64,000 bases of DNA from an uncultured Poribacteria bacterium (GTDB taxonomy: Bacteria; Poribacteria; WGA-4E; WGA-3G), in the NCBI GenBank assembly GCA_951813565.1, contig OX638351.1, positions 3,744,001 to 3,808,000 of the forward strand, in the 5' to 3' direction. Positions 48,081-59,814 of the stretch are shown one piece after another (positions within the stretch are counted from its first letter, which is position 1; the number at the start of each line of letters is the position of its first letter). The position numbers were made by a program, and so were the translations under genes. The notes below the pieces were generated by a model. The model did no database searches and was not told where the DNA came from. It saw only the letters and a program-made list of their open reading frames with translations.

Positions 48081-49645
48081 ATGTCATACAAATGTACCTC
48101 CAAGAAAACGGAAATCACAGAAGATTGTCCGATTCAGGAATCGGACAATATCAACCGCAGAGCGTTCATTAAAGAACTGGGCATCGCAGGGGTCGGCACG
48201 TTGTCACTCTTAGGTTCAAATGCTCAGGCACAAAATAAAAAGATTGGGAATCAACTTGAAAGAGAAGCGGAAAGACCTAACATTCTGCTTTTGATGACAG
48301 ACCAGCAGCGGTGGGATGCAATGGGCTGCAGCGGAAATTGGGTTCAAACGCCAAACTTAGATCGAATCGCGAGCGAAGGTGTCCAATTTACCAACTGTGT
48401 CACGACTTCTCCTGTCTGTGTTCCAGCGCGGCTTAGTTTAGCAACAGGTTTATATCCGCACAATACTGGTGTTTGGAACAACAAAAAACACAAGATGGCA
48501 GCAGAAACGCCGACTTGGATGCAGGCAGTGCGTGCAGCTGGATACCGCACCAGTCTTTTTGGAAAAACACATCTCCACACTAATAATGGTGATCTACGTA
48601 AGCGTGAACACTTGATGAACGCTTATGGATTGGACGACGTAAACGAAATTGGAGGACCGCGGGCAAGTATGAAATGCTTGTCCTATATGACAGAAATGTG
48701 GGAAGAAAAAGGTTTATGGAAGCTTACCGTGATGATTATCAGAAACGATTTCGGACTAAGCCTCACATCGTTCGACCAACGGCACTTGGACTTGAAAACG
48801 ATGCAGATGTTTACGTTGGACAACAGGCAAAGCGGTATCTCAAAAACTACAACCGCCAAGAGCCATGGTTTTGCTGGGTCAGTTTCGGTGGACCTCACGA
48901 ACCGTGGGATACACCTGAACCTTACGCCAGCATGTACGACCCGAATGAAATGTTACCTCCAATACCCCGCCAAGCTGTAGGAGATCGTCCTCGTGGCAGT
49001 TTAGACAATCTTATGAAAAACAAGAAGAAAAGCCCTAAATTTCAAGCCGGAGAGGTCTCAAAGATGCGTGCTGATTACGCCGGTAATGTTACGCTCATTG
49101 ATACACAGATCGGTGAAATCTTAGATACAATTGAGAAGCGCGGAGAACTCGATAATACTGTCATCGTTTTCTGTTCCGACCACGGCGAAATGAATGGTGA
49201 TTATGGCTTGATTTACAAAAGTAACCTCCTCAACGGTGCTGTCCGCATCCCGATGCTTGTGCGTACCCCTGAAACATTAAAAAACGCTGTCCCTGATCGT
49301 ATCTGTGAAAGTCCTATTGAATGGATTGATATCGGTCCCACACTTGTTGATTTGGCTGGTGGCGAGTTGAAACATCGCCAATTCGGGAAATCGCTGTGTC
49401 TTGTGCTTGATGACACAGAAGCAACCCATCGTGAATTTGCGATCTCTGAAATCTCACGTGAAATAATGTTACTCAATCGAGAGTGGAAAATTGCTATAAA
49501 TAAAGAACGACAACCTTATCTTTTATTTAATGTTCAAAATGATCCAAATGAAACAAACAATCTCGCAGGTTTACCCAAAATGGAAGAATTGGAAACACAG
49601 TTAAAATCACAAATTTTAGAGCATCTTTCTCACACTCAAACTTAA
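48081..49645 (+). pseudogene. Tat-exported sulfatase paralog with a 1-bp frameshift (or assembly error)
   Basis: RRAFIK Tat motif, CVPAR; frame switches at ~48717-48720 (TGG AAG instead of TGG GAA, by comparison with the paralog). Confidence 0.85.
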
Positions 49646-50033
49646 AACAATAAAATAACTGTCCTTTTTTGTGCAGCAGAACATTATATTTGCCCCATTT
49701 GGTGCATAATTCTGATTGTCACTTAGGGAAACGCTTGTAATTAGTGCTCCTGAAAATGGCACGCGGATTGCTTATACACTTCCATTACTGTGAACAAATG
49801 ATTTACCGACCTCCTACGAGAGTCTATCATGCCCATTGAATGCAGCTGCACGATCTGTTCCATAATCTAAACTTTTTTGCCCCTAAGACGTCCAAAGTAT
49901 AGTTAAACTCTTCCAAGACATGTTGAAGGCACCATTCCAAAAACCCGTGCCAGACGATTTTTCCCTCTAATAATTCGGTAGACCAATTCACTAACCAATA
50001 AACCCAAATTTAAAAATCTAAAAGGAGATTCCG

Positions 50034-52172
50034 ATGAAAAGATTGAATTTCCACGCAGCATTAATAATCCTGCTCTTTACAGGACTTGTCCAATTTGTGC
50101 AAGCGCAAGGTATTATTGTTACGGGCCAACGTCAAATCCCAAGATTTGAAGCCTTAAGAATTGAAAAACACCATGTGAACGTCACTATTGACAATCAACT
50201 TGCAACAACGAAAATCGATCAGATCTTCGCTAATCCGAATAACATTCAATTGGAAGGTACGTATCTCTTTCCGCTTCCTGATGATGTCGCCGTTTCAGAT
50301 TTTGTGCTATACATTGATGGAAAACCGGTCAAAGCAGAACTGCTCGCAAAAGCCAGAGCGCGAAGTATCTATGAAGGCATTGTGCGTTCCATGCAAGACC
50401 CTGCTCTTCTGGAGTATATCGGCACCCGTGCTTTTCAGGCAAGGGTGTTCCCAATTCCACCGAATGGTGAAAGACGAATCCAACTGGAATACTCACAAGT
50501 AATTAGTGTAGATTCAGGGCTTGCCAAATATACATACCCGCTACGAACCGACAAATATACCCATCAATCCGTAGGAAGCCTTGCTGTTTCAATTGACCTT
50601 AAAAGCAAACATGCGCTCAAAACAATCTATTCCCCCTCACATGAAGTTGCTGTCAATCGGAAGAATGATCATCGCGCTAAAATCAGTTATGAAGGCACCA
50701 ACGTCCATGTAAAACGTGATTTCACCTGTTACTATTCGCTTTCCGACAAAGATTTTGGCATTGACCTGATTACCCATAGAGATGATATAGACGAAGACGG
50801 CTTCTTTATGCTCCTTATTTCACCTAAATATGAGGTGAAGAAAACAGAGATTATTGAAAAGGATTTTATCTTTGTTCTCGACCGTTCTGGGAGTATGAAA
50901 GGGCCGAAAATTAAACAAGCGAAAAAGGCACTTCGTTTTTGTGTGAACAGTTTAAATGATGGAGACCGTTTTAACCTCATTCTATTTAATACTGATATTG
51001 AACCGTTCTCCGATAAATTAGTTTCAGTAAAACAGGAACGGGAAAACGCGCTTGCTTTCGTTGACGATATTGTTGGAAACGGAGGCACAAATATCAATGA
51101 TGCTTTACTCGCTGCATTGAACGATAAACCGGATCCGAAACGACCGCGCATCGTTGTGTTCTTAACTGACGGAGAAGCCACTGTTGGTGAGACGAATACA
51201 GTACGTATTCTCAAGAATGTTTCTGGCGAGAACAACGATAAATCACGTATCTTTGTGTTTGGTGTGGGTTATGATGTGAACGTCAATTTGCTTGATAAAA
51301 TGGCAGAACAAAACGGTGGCACCCGTCAATATGTGAAGCCACAAGAGAATTTAGAAGTTGCTGTATCCTCTTTTTTCACGAAGGTAAGCGAACCTATCCT
51401 CGTCAATTTGGCTTTGGAAATCCAGAACATTAAAACCAAAAATCTGTATCCACAAAAGTTACCGCATCTGTTTCGTGGTTCACAGTTGACAGTGCTTGGC
51501 AGGTATGCTGGGACTGGAAAAACAAAACTAATCTTGCGCGGAGACATCAATGGGAAAAAACAGGAATTTTCCAATACAGCAAAGTTCCCTAAACAGGAAT
51601 CGGATCATCAATTTTTGCCAGCGTTGTGGGCACAGCGTAAGGTCGCCTATCTCGTTGACGAAATCAGACTGAACGGTGAAAACAAAGAATTGATTGAAGA
51701 AATTACCCGTCTCAGTGAAAAGTATGGAATTATGACACCATATACGTCATTTCTTGTTACAGAAGATGAAGCACAGCGGAGGCCGTCAGGTCGATTCTCA
51801 AGGGCGAGAACAGATCAGTCTGCTCCACTCTCTGCAGTTCAAGTCCGTTCGCCAAAACTTGCCCGCAGTGTAGGGCAGCAAGTTGAAGAAAGCGTCCAAT
51901 TACAAGCACTTCAGACGCAAGCACAAGTAGCGGAAACGGCTATCACTGTTCAGCAGGTCAAAAACAAGACCTTCCATCAACGCGGCAATGTTTGGATTGA
52001 TAGTACACACAAACCTGAAACTAAGACAACGAAGATTGAATTCGGAAGTGATGCTTATTTTGATTTGCTTAAGAAAGAGTCTGAATTAACGAAATATCTT
52101 GCGATTGGCAAACATGTTATCGTTTGTTATAAGCGAACATGTTATGAAATTCATCCGCCTAAGCAGCCGTAA
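50034..52172 (+). CDS. VIT (inter-alpha-trypsin inhibitor) plus vWA domain protein
   Basis: Signal peptide, LEGTYLFPLP, DRSGSM, GGTNINDAL, FLTDG. Confidence 0.9.
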   Translation: MKRLNFHAALIILLFTGLVQFVQAQGIIVTGQRQIPRFEALRIEKHHVNVTIDNQLATTKIDQIFANPNNIQLEGTYLFPLPDDVAVSDFVLYIDGKPVKAELLAKARARSIYEGIVRSMQDPALLEYIGTRAFQARVFPIPPNGERRIQLEYSQVISVDSGLAKYTYPLRTDKYTHQSVGSLAVSIDLKSKHALKTIYSPSHEVAVNRKNDHRAKISYEGTNVHVKRDFTCYYSLSDKDFGIDLITHRDDIDEDGFFMLLISPKYEVKKTEIIEKDFIFVLDRSGSMKGPKIKQAKKALRFCVNSLNDGDRFNLILFNTDIEPFSDKLVSVKQERENALAFVDDIVGNGGTNINDALLAALNDKPDPKRPRIVVFLTDGEATVGETNTVRILKNVSGENNDKSRIFVFGVGYDVNVNLLDKMAEQNGGTRQYVKPQENLEVAVSSFFTKVSEPILVNLALEIQNIKTKNLYPQKLPHLFRGSQLTVLGRYAGTGKTKLILRGDINGKKQEFSNTAKFPKQESDHQFLPALWAQRKVAYLVDEIRLNGENKELIEEITRLSEKYGIMTPYTSFLVTEDEAQRRPSGRFSRARTDQSAPLSAVQVRSPKLARSVGQQVEESVQLQALQTQAQVAETAITVQQVKNKTFHQRGNVWIDSTHKPETKTTKIEFGSDAYFDLLKKESELTKYLAIGKHVIVCYKRTCYEIHPPKQP

Positions 52173-52193
52173 GTCAAATAGATGTCCCTTTCA

Positions 52194-52853
52194 TTAGACA
52201 CGTTTAATCGTGTAAATGTTAATTGATGTTGTCCTCTGAGTTAATGATATAGAGCAGGTGGATTTTTCAAAGTCAAATCCGTTTTCACGGATGCATCTGA
52301 AAAATCCATCTGCATTTTTTCGATTCGGTTCAGAAAAGAGAGCGATACCTTCATCAGCCAGCAAACTCTGAAGTAAACATAAGATTGGTTGCCAATTCTG
52401 TTCCTCATATATCACATCTGAACCGAGTATCACGTCAAATTTGCTATGAAAGCACGGCGCGTTCCAATCCATCTGGACAAAAATAGCGGAATTTATACCG
52501 TTTTGCTGCGCGTTATGTTTTGAAAATAGAAGCGCATCATACTCAAAGTCTGTAAAAATAACTTTAGCACCCGCTTGACATGCGACAATCCCTCCGAGTC
52601 CAAAACCACAACCAATTTCAAGAATATACTTATCGGAGAACGTTTTCCGTATCTTTGATACGTGGCGCGCTAAGCCGATAGCAGATTCCCAAAGATAAAT
52701 CCAATAAGGTAGAAAAAGCGTGCCTTTGCTATCCTCTCTGCTCAGTTTATCTAAGAAATGATCAGGGTCATCTACAATCGTGAGTAAGATTTCTCTGTCT
52801 CCCAACTGGATTGCAGTCTGCGTGATTGGGTAATTTTTTAGATAGTTTTCCAT
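52194..52853 (-). CDS. Class I SAM-dependent methyltransferase (Methyltransf_16-like)
   Basis: LPYWIYLWESA, LEIGCGFG, MDW, ILGSDVIY. Confidence 0.85.
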   Translation of the reverse strand: MENYLKNYPITQTAIQLGDREILLTIVDDPDHFLDKLSREDSKGTLFLPYWIYLWESAIGLARHVSKIRKTFSDKYILEIGCGFGLGGIVACQAGAKVIFTDFEYDALLFSKHNAQQNGINSAIFVQMDWNAPCFHSKFDVILGSDVIYEEQNWQPILCLLQSLLADEGIALFSEPNRKNADGFFRCIRENGFDFEKSTCSISLTQRTTSINIYTIKRV

Positions 52854-53282
52854 CTATTCATAATACCTGAAATTTATAGCGTTCACTAAATCAGCATCTT
52901 CAACCAAAGTAGAAGCTGTTTTTGTAAGGATTATACCAATGTACACTACTTTATGCACACTTATCTGTAAACTCATCGGTTTTTTACTATTTTGGCATGG
53001 CCGCAACCGGGAAGTCGCTCCTATAGGAAGAGATATTTGACAGAAAGTAGGAACTATTGAAGAATTGAATGGCTCTGTGTAAACATTGAGCAGTGCTATA
53101 GCACCGCTCAATTCTATAACATTTGCATGACAATTGCACTTGTCAAAATGGGGTAAATTTGCTACTATAAACGATAATTATTACAGTATTTCCAACTGAC
53201 AAACCGTAGATCGTAATTGATTACCATACAATAAAATACACCATTTTTAGCCAATACAAAAGTGCTGCTTTTAGGAGGAATT

Positions 53283-54410
53283 ATGGCAAAATACGCAAAA
53301 GGCTCCGTTCATCCATCAGAACTACAGGAATTTGAGGATAACCAAACAGGCGCGCATATCTATCAACTCACAAACGATAACACTATCAACCATAACCTCT
53401 ATTTTCTTACCCCATCCTTTACACCTGACCAAAGCCTTATGATTTTTACCTCCTATCGTACAGGAAAGGCCAATTTTTTCAAACTTGAATTTCCAAATGG
53501 TGATATTGTGCAGCTTACCAACGGTGCGGAAGTTCATGGTTATTCTGGGGTAATCGCAAAAGATGGAACAGAACTCTTTTATACAGAAGGGGATTCCATT
53601 AAAGCAATCAATCTTGACACATTAGTGGAACGCGTGCTTGCGGAATTTGCGGGTGGTAGTCTTGGTGAATGCAGCGTCAGTGCTGATGAAAAGTTTATCG
53701 TGACAGCGATGAAACGTGATGGAAAATCACACATTACTGTTACTGCAACCGAAGGGAGCGGCGGTGAGATTATCTATACATCTCCTGAACAAACGATTAT
53801 CCACCCTCAGTTTCACCCAAAACACGCGGATATGATTGCTTATTCTGGCGACCCTGCACCACGTATGTGGACTATTAAACGTGATGGCACTGAAAATCGA
53901 AATCTCTATCAACATGACAATAATGAGTTTCTTGTCCATGAAACATTTCTTGGTTCGCAGGACGAATTGATTGTGACGCATTGGCCATACGCCTTGCGGC
54001 GCATATCGTTAGACACGCTTGAGATACAGACAATCTCAGATTTTAATGCATGGCACATTGCGAGTAATCGCGCGGGGACGAAGGTGCTGTGCGACACTGT
54101 GCATCCTGATATTGGGTTGCGGTTGGTTGATGTGGAAACGGGTGAACATGTGCCTATCTGTTATCCGCAGAGTTCGTCAAGTGGAAGTCAATGGAAAAAG
54201 GATCGGTATGCGGTGGCTGAAGATTGGGCTGCAGCACAACAGGCAGGGGATCGGGAGAAATCGTTGAGTTGGATGGAGATGAAGGTGGACACGGTGTATG
54301 GTCCGCAGTGGACACACCCGCATCCATCATTTAGTCCTGATGAAACAGCTGTGGTGTATACGTCGGATGTTTCGGGCCACTCACAGGTTTATGTAGCGGT
54401 GATTCCTTGA
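53283..54410 (+). CDS. Oligogalacturonate-lyase-like (PL22) beta-propeller protein
   Basis: FEDNQTGAHIYQLT, HNLYF, HPQFHP, HPHPSFSPD. Confidence 0.75.
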   Translation: MAKYAKGSVHPSELQEFEDNQTGAHIYQLTNDNTINHNLYFLTPSFTPDQSLMIFTSYRTGKANFFKLEFPNGDIVQLTNGAEVHGYSGVIAKDGTELFYTEGDSIKAINLDTLVERVLAEFAGGSLGECSVSADEKFIVTAMKRDGKSHITVTATEGSGGEIIYTSPEQTIIHPQFHPKHADMIAYSGDPAPRMWTIKRDGTENRNLYQHDNNEFLVHETFLGSQDELIVTHWPYALRRISLDTLEIQTISDFNAWHIASNRAGTKVLCDTVHPDIGLRLVDVETGEHVPICYPQSSSSGSQWKKDRYAVAEDWAAAQQAGDREKSLSWMEMKVDTVYGPQWTHPHPSFSPDETAVVYTSDVSGHSQVYVAVIP

Positions 54411-54420
54411 GGGGAAAACT

Positions 54421-56457
54421 ATGCGGCAAGTTTATCGATATTGTTTATACGTTTTTATTGTGCTTTGTGTTTCGTGCATTACATTGGCACAAGAAGTTCA
54501 TTGGATGCCGGATATAAATTTACGCGTGGCGATTGAAGAAAAACTCGGATTGTCTGATGAAGTGCCGTTGACAAAAGAGAATATCAAACCGCTGATACAC
54601 CTTGAGGCACAGAACAAAGAGATTCGTTCAATACATGGTTTAGAATTTGCTCAAAACCTAACATATCTCAATTTAGGTAGCAATCAAGTACAAGATATAA
54701 ATCTGCTGCATAATTTAACGAAATTACGCGGATTAAGTCTGTATGCTAATCAAGTATCGGATTTGTCTTCTTTGGAGTCTTTGACATCCCTTGAATACCT
54801 GAACATGGCTCATAATCCAATAAGGGACCTCAGTCCTCTTTCAAATCACACCAATTTAGAAACGTTAGATCTGTTTGATTGTCAAATTTCTGATGTTAGC
54901 CCGCTTACAAGTCTAAAAAATTTGAAAAATTTAATACTTACACACAATCGTATCACAGATTTCAGTCCATTAGCGAATCTAATTAATTTACAAAGACTGG
55001 ATATCAGAGGAAATTTAGGGGATGATATAAGTTCATTGCAGAATTTGACCCTTGCCGAATTTAAATACGATGAAGTGTGTGAGATAGCACCTTTAGGAAC
55101 TTCTGTTATCTCTCGGATTCAGGCACGAAATTATCCTTTAGTGTTTCAAGCATGGGACAATCTTATCGGACCTATGGAAGATGAACAGACATGGAAAGAA
55201 ATCAGTCCTTGGAACAATGAAATGCTTTACACAGAACGTGTGACGAAGCATGATCTTCACTGGAGTCCTTTTTTCGGACTATGGTGGGAAACTTCTGAGG
55301 CGGAACCTACCTACGGGTTGTCAACCCAGTTAGGTGGTGATCTGGAAGCAGCAAAAGCGATACGCCAACAACGCCTTGATCGCAATCCTAATATGCTGTT
55401 TCTCGTTGAAATCCGAATCCACAACCACTTGCGGGCATCTGCATTTCCTTCAGACTCGGAGTTTTGGCTGAGAGATAGTAATAATCGGGTTCTACAGAAC
55501 AACGGTGGTGAGAGTATGATGGATATCTTGAACCCAAGTTTGCAGAATCTGCTTATTGATCGAATCGTTGCAATTGCTGGTTGTGGGCTTTTTGATGGTG
55601 TTATGATAGATGGATTCGCTTTAAACGCTATAGGCTTTGTGGGACGTCATCTCCACTCCGCGACAAATAAAGAAATCATTACAGCAACAAACCAAATTCT
55701 AAGCAACGTAAGGGCACGTGTCCGTAATGATTTTTTAATACTGGTGAATGTGAACCGCACGAAACCGACAGCCTACACCGAATATGTCAACGGAACTTTC
55801 ATGGAAACCGGGCACGATTCCAATGGCAGCTATACCCGCGAAGGACTACAGAAAATTGAGGACACGCTTCTGTGGGCGGAAACGCAGCTGCGAGAACCGC
55901 AGATCAACTGTTTAGAGGGCGAGGGTGTTGGGACATCTCCACCTAACAGTCCTGAGAATCAACGCTGGATGCGTGTGTTCACAACACTCAGTCTCACACA
56001 CTCTGATGGCTATGTGTTATATACCGATGGTACACGCTTTACTGATCCCAAAGCACCGGATCACAGACATCTCTGGTTTGACTTTTGGGACACCGATTTA
56101 GGACAACCAGTCGGCGAAAAAGCACAACTTTATGAAAACCGAGAAGGACTTTTCATCCGTGAGTTCACCAACGGTTGGGCAGTCTACAACCGCAGCGGAC
56201 AAGCACAACAAATTAGCCTCCCGATGCAGACGGCCGGCGTTGCAAGCGGTACTACCAGTTTCCAGCACACTGTCCCCGATTTAGACGGTGAAATGTATCT
56301 GAAAACTGAGGTGAATGCAGATGTCAACGGTGATGGCGTTGTGAATATACAAGACTTAGTTATAGTGGCGAATGCGTTTGGCGAAGCAGAACCCGAGCTC
56401 AATGGTGATGGCGTTGTAAATATCCAAGATTTGGTGATTGTAGCGAATGCGTTTTGA
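54421..56457 (+). CDS. Internalin-like LRR protein with glycoside-hydrolase-like domain and dockerin-like C-terminus
   Basis: 22-aa LRRs (NLTYLNLGSNQVQDI...), FDGVMIDG, tandem (D/E)xNGDGVVNIQDLVIVANAF. Confidence 0.85.
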   Translation: MRQVYRYCLYVFIVLCVSCITLAQEVHWMPDINLRVAIEEKLGLSDEVPLTKENIKPLIHLEAQNKEIRSIHGLEFAQNLTYLNLGSNQVQDINLLHNLTKLRGLSLYANQVSDLSSLESLTSLEYLNMAHNPIRDLSPLSNHTNLETLDLFDCQISDVSPLTSLKNLKNLILTHNRITDFSPLANLINLQRLDIRGNLGDDISSLQNLTLAEFKYDEVCEIAPLGTSVISRIQARNYPLVFQAWDNLIGPMEDEQTWKEISPWNNEMLYTERVTKHDLHWSPFFGLWWETSEAEPTYGLSTQLGGDLEAAKAIRQQRLDRNPNMLFLVEIRIHNHLRASAFPSDSEFWLRDSNNRVLQNNGGESMMDILNPSLQNLLIDRIVAIAGCGLFDGVMIDGFALNAIGFVGRHLHSATNKEIITATNQILSNVRARVRNDFLILVNVNRTKPTAYTEYVNGTFMETGHDSNGSYTREGLQKIEDTLLWAETQLREPQINCLEGEGVGTSPPNSPENQRWMRVFTTLSLTHSDGYVLYTDGTRFTDPKAPDHRHLWFDFWDTDLGQPVGEKAQLYENREGLFIREFTNGWAVYNRSGQAQQISLPMQTAGVASGTTSFQHTVPDLDGEMYLKTEVNADVNGDGVVNIQDLVIVANAFGEAEPELNGDGVVNIQDLVIVANAF

Positions 56458-56580
56458 GTTCGAGGTTGAAAACTCCTCCTACAAGAGAAGATAAGAGGCG
56501 TAATAAATTGCGCGACTACAAACCCAGCATGTCAAAATAAATGTTTAAGTGTTTTTAGATTTGACTATGGTCTTAAGAGT

Positions 56581-57267
56581 TCAAGGAAGGGCAGGCACAA
56601 TATGAATTAGCGCATCTTCTTGTTCTGCGAAATTTCTGAGTTCTGGGTCAAGGTCTATTGCTTGTCCGAGGGAATCTAAAGATTTTTTCGGTTCATTTGT
56701 TAGGGCGTAAGCACACGCGAGATTATAATGTAATAGTGGCGCTTCAGGAAAAGTCTGAAGTGCATGCAGGCATATCTCACGAGCATTTTTGGGTTCGTTT
56801 TTTTGGAGATAGACAGTTGCTAAATTGACATAACCTTCTGCCATATCCGGTGCCATCTGTATCGCTTTTTTGAATGTTTCAATGGCTTGTGAATACTGTT
56901 CAGCAAACAAATAGGCTTGTCCAAGGTTGTTGTAAGCGGACGGAGCATCTTTAAAGAAAAGGGTACGGCTTTTGTTTTTGATCGCTTTTTGAAACGCCTC
57001 AATCGCCTTTTCCGGTTCTCCATTACGCATGTGGAAGGATGCTTTTCTGTAGTTGTCATTGAACTGTGTTTGGTGATGCCAAACCCATAGAAACAGTACG
57101 GTTACAGCAAGGCAAAACGTCATACAACCGATTCTGAATACTTTATTAGTAGGTGCTTGTTCAGCATCAGAATCTTCTGCAGATTCATGATCTTGATTTT
57201 CATTGGAATCTGTGTCAGTTTCTTCTATAGATTCATGTTCTTGGTCTTGAGTTTCGTTAGCAGTCAT
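56581..57267 (-). CDS. Membrane-anchored TPR protein
   Basis: Acidic N-terminus, one TM, AYNNLG and HYNLACAY TPRs. Confidence 0.85.
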   Translation of the reverse strand: MTANETQDQEHESIEETDTDSNENQDHESAEDSDAEQAPTNKVFRIGCMTFCLAVTVLFLWVWHHQTQFNDNYRKASFHMRNGEPEKAIEAFQKAIKNKSRTLFFKDAPSAYNNLGQAYLFAEQYSQAIETFKKAIQMAPDMAEGYVNLATVYLQKNEPKNAREICLHALQTFPEAPLLHYNLACAYALTNEPKKSLDSLGQAIDLDPELRNFAEQEDALIHIVPALP

Positions 57268-57333
57268 AATTTGTTTGTAATGTAGAAGTAAATATCAAAA
57301 TAGGTTTTTTAGCCCTAAAGAAGGAAAAATCAA

Positions 57334-58389
57334 ATGAAAACTTACGGTTTTGGTATTATAGGGTGCGGAATGATTTCTGATTTTCATTCCGCCGCAATTT
57401 CCGATTTAGAACACGGTCAATTAGTTGCTGTGAGTTCTCGCAATGCTGACAATGCGAAACGACTCACAAATAAATATAACGTCAAAGGTTATGCCGATTA
57501 CAATGAAATGCTTAAACGTGATGACCTTGACATCGTTTGTGTTTGCACACCGAGTGGTGCACACCTTGAACCTGCAGTTGCCGCAGCAGAAGCGGGTAAA
57601 CATGTTATCGTTGAAAAACCGTTGGAAATTACTCTGCAACGGTGCGATGAAATTATCCAAGCTTGTGATGAAGCGGGTATTCGGTTATGTGCCATTTTCA
57701 ATTCACGGTTTACTGAGGGTTCTCAACTCGTAAAATCAACAATTGAGCGCGGGCGGTTCGGTAAGTTAACTTTAGGTAGCGCCTATATTAAGTGGTATCG
57801 TTCCCAAGAATATTATGATAGCGGTGGTTGGCGCGGCACGTGGAACCTTGATGGCGGCGGTGCCTTAATGAATCAATCTATTCACGCCATTGACCTGCTG
57901 CAGTATTTTATGGGTCCTGTCCAGTCTGTACAAGCATTTACCGACACTTTAGCACACGAACGCATTGAAGTTGAAGACGTTGCTGTTGCTGCGCTGCGGT
58001 TTAAAAACGGTGCGTTAGGTGTCATTGAAGGCACAACTGCTGCCTATCCCGGTATGTTCAAGAAAACCGAAATCTGTGGCACAAAAGGCACCGCGATTTT
58101 AGAGGAAGAGGACATTGTCAAATGGGAATTTGACCCTGAACTTCCTGAAGATGCTGAAATTCGGAAAAAATTCGCTCAACAGACAGATACCGGCGGTGGT
58201 GCTTCCGATCCACGTGCCATCAATAATGCGAATCACCGACGGCAGATGGAGAACCTTATCACTGGTCTTGAAAATGAGGCTTCACATTTGGTGGACGGTC
58301 GCGAGGGGCGTAAAGCGGTTGAAATTATCCTCGCAATCTATCATTCAAGTCGTGAAGGGCGTCCTGTTGAATTACCTCTTCCTGTTTAA
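57334..58389 (+). CDS. Gfo/Idh/MocA-family oxidoreductase
   Basis: GIIGCGMI, GKHVIVEKP, GGGALMNQSIHAID. Confidence 0.92.
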   Translation: MKTYGFGIIGCGMISDFHSAAISDLEHGQLVAVSSRNADNAKRLTNKYNVKGYADYNEMLKRDDLDIVCVCTPSGAHLEPAVAAAEAGKHVIVEKPLEITLQRCDEIIQACDEAGIRLCAIFNSRFTEGSQLVKSTIERGRFGKLTLGSAYIKWYRSQEYYDSGGWRGTWNLDGGGALMNQSIHAIDLLQYFMGPVQSVQAFTDTLAHERIEVEDVAVAALRFKNGALGVIEGTTAAYPGMFKKTEICGTKGTAILEEEDIVKWEFDPELPEDAEIRKKFAQQTDTGGGASDPRAINNANHRRQMENLITGLENEASHLVDGREGRKAVEIILAIYHSSREGRPVELPLPV

Positions 58390-58519
58390 AAGCACATCAC
58401 AATGTAGGTCGGGGTCTCTGTGCCCCGACATGCTGCTTTATGCCGTAACTCCTGCTATATACCAATCAGAACACAGACGGGCACAGAGACCCGCCTCTAC
58501 GGTTCAATGCAATTTAGCA

Positions 58520-59485
58520 TTACGGATAATCAAATACTATCTTGACTGCTTCATCTTTTTTGTGCAGTGCCATTTCAAAACCTTTTTGTGCTTCGGTGAA
58601 AGGCAGATGATGTGTAATAATTGGTGACACATCAATACGTCCTTGCGCAATCATATCCATCGCTAACGGAAAATCATTCGGCACGTCTGGTCCGACAGAC
58701 CCGATAAATCGGATATTTTTCCTGAAGAATTCAGAGAAATGGAAACCGTATACTTCATCATCTGGCACCCCGAAAGCGAGTAGTGTTGCGCCGCGTTTTA
58801 GAAGTTGTAGGCACGTGTTGATTGTTTCCGTTTGATGTCCCACGACTTCAATCACAAGATCAGCCATCCTACCATCAGTAATCTCTTTAACTGCAGCGAC
58901 AAGGTCTTCATTTGCACTGTTGATTGTATGTGTGGCACGCATCTGCTTTGATACTTCAAGTCGAAAGTCAACCAAATCGGTAGTTATTACTGTTCTTGCA
59001 CCGAGATTGCTTAACATATGTGTAAAGAGTTGTCCCATCGGTCCCTGTCCTATAATGACTGTATCTAAATTGAGCAAATTGCCTAACTTTCGACATGCCC
59101 AAACGACAGTGCCAAGAGGCTGCGACATTAGGATGCAATCTTTTCGGTGAAAATCCACCAACGGCACAGTGACACTCTCATGTGATAGAAAATATTCTGA
59201 ACATCCACCGATATGACGTGGAAGTGCAAGCACCTCGTCTCCAACTTTGAATTTATCCGACTTGCTGGCAGTTATAACACCAATTGCCTCGTGAATAGAA
59301 AGACCAGGCCCATACGGATAACGATCAGCAGGCTGTTCAAGGACAAAAGATGGCATATCACTACCACAGATGGCACTGTGGATAGTTTTTAGCATTACTG
59401 TGCCATCAGGATAATCTGTCAAATTCGGTTTATCTATATCAATAATTTCGATATGATGTGGTGCAACAATTTGCCCCGCTTTCAT
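58520..59485 (-). CDS. Zn-dependent medium-chain dehydrogenase
   Basis: ICGSD, HEAIG, IIGQGPMG; ATG at 59485 after AGGAG. Confidence 0.88.
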   Translation of the reverse strand: MKAGQIVAPHHIEIIDIDKPNLTDYPDGTVMLKTIHSAICGSDMPSFVLEQPADRYPYGPGLSIHEAIGVITASKSDKFKVGDEVLALPRHIGGCSEYFLSHESVTVPLVDFHRKDCILMSQPLGTVVWACRKLGNLLNLDTVIIGQGPMGQLFTHMLSNLGARTVITTDLVDFRLEVSKQMRATHTINSANEDLVAAVKEITDGRMADLVIEVVGHQTETINTCLQLLKRGATLLAFGVPDDEVYGFHFSEFFRKNIRFIGSVGPDVPNDFPLAMDMIAQGRIDVSPIITHHLPFTEAQKGFEMALHKKDEAVKIVFDYP

Positions 59486-59545
59486 AAAAACTCCTTTTAA
59501 ACTTTTTACAATGGTTGTCCGAGATAAATCTTGTTGCCTTTTATA

Positions 59546-59814
59546 ACCTAAGTTGCCACCTATGTAGCACAAACTTTATGAAGTTTAAGAAAATAATTCG
59601 GTAATTTAGCGAGGTTAGGAAACCTCGCCAGCAGGTGGGTACACCTGCTTTGTGCGGACAGAAAATTACCGAATTAAAAAATTAATCTTCATTTAGTTTG
59701 TGCATATTAGGACGCAAACTAAAAGTTTGCGCTACGATATTTCACGAATAATGAACTGTTCTCTATTAAAAATGGCGTCTGTGTGTCTAAAATCTTATAG
59801 GTAGCAACTTGGGT
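59546..59814. mobile_element. MITE with nested inner elements
   Basis: IRs ACCTAAGTTGCCACCTAT / ATAGGTAGCAACTTGGGT; 7-bp duplication TTTTATA (59539-59545 / 59815-59821). Confidence 0.8.

Noticed and set aside
59486..59572. N-terminal extension of the Zn dehydrogenase
   Set aside because: Starts inside the MITE; the RBS supports ATG at 59485
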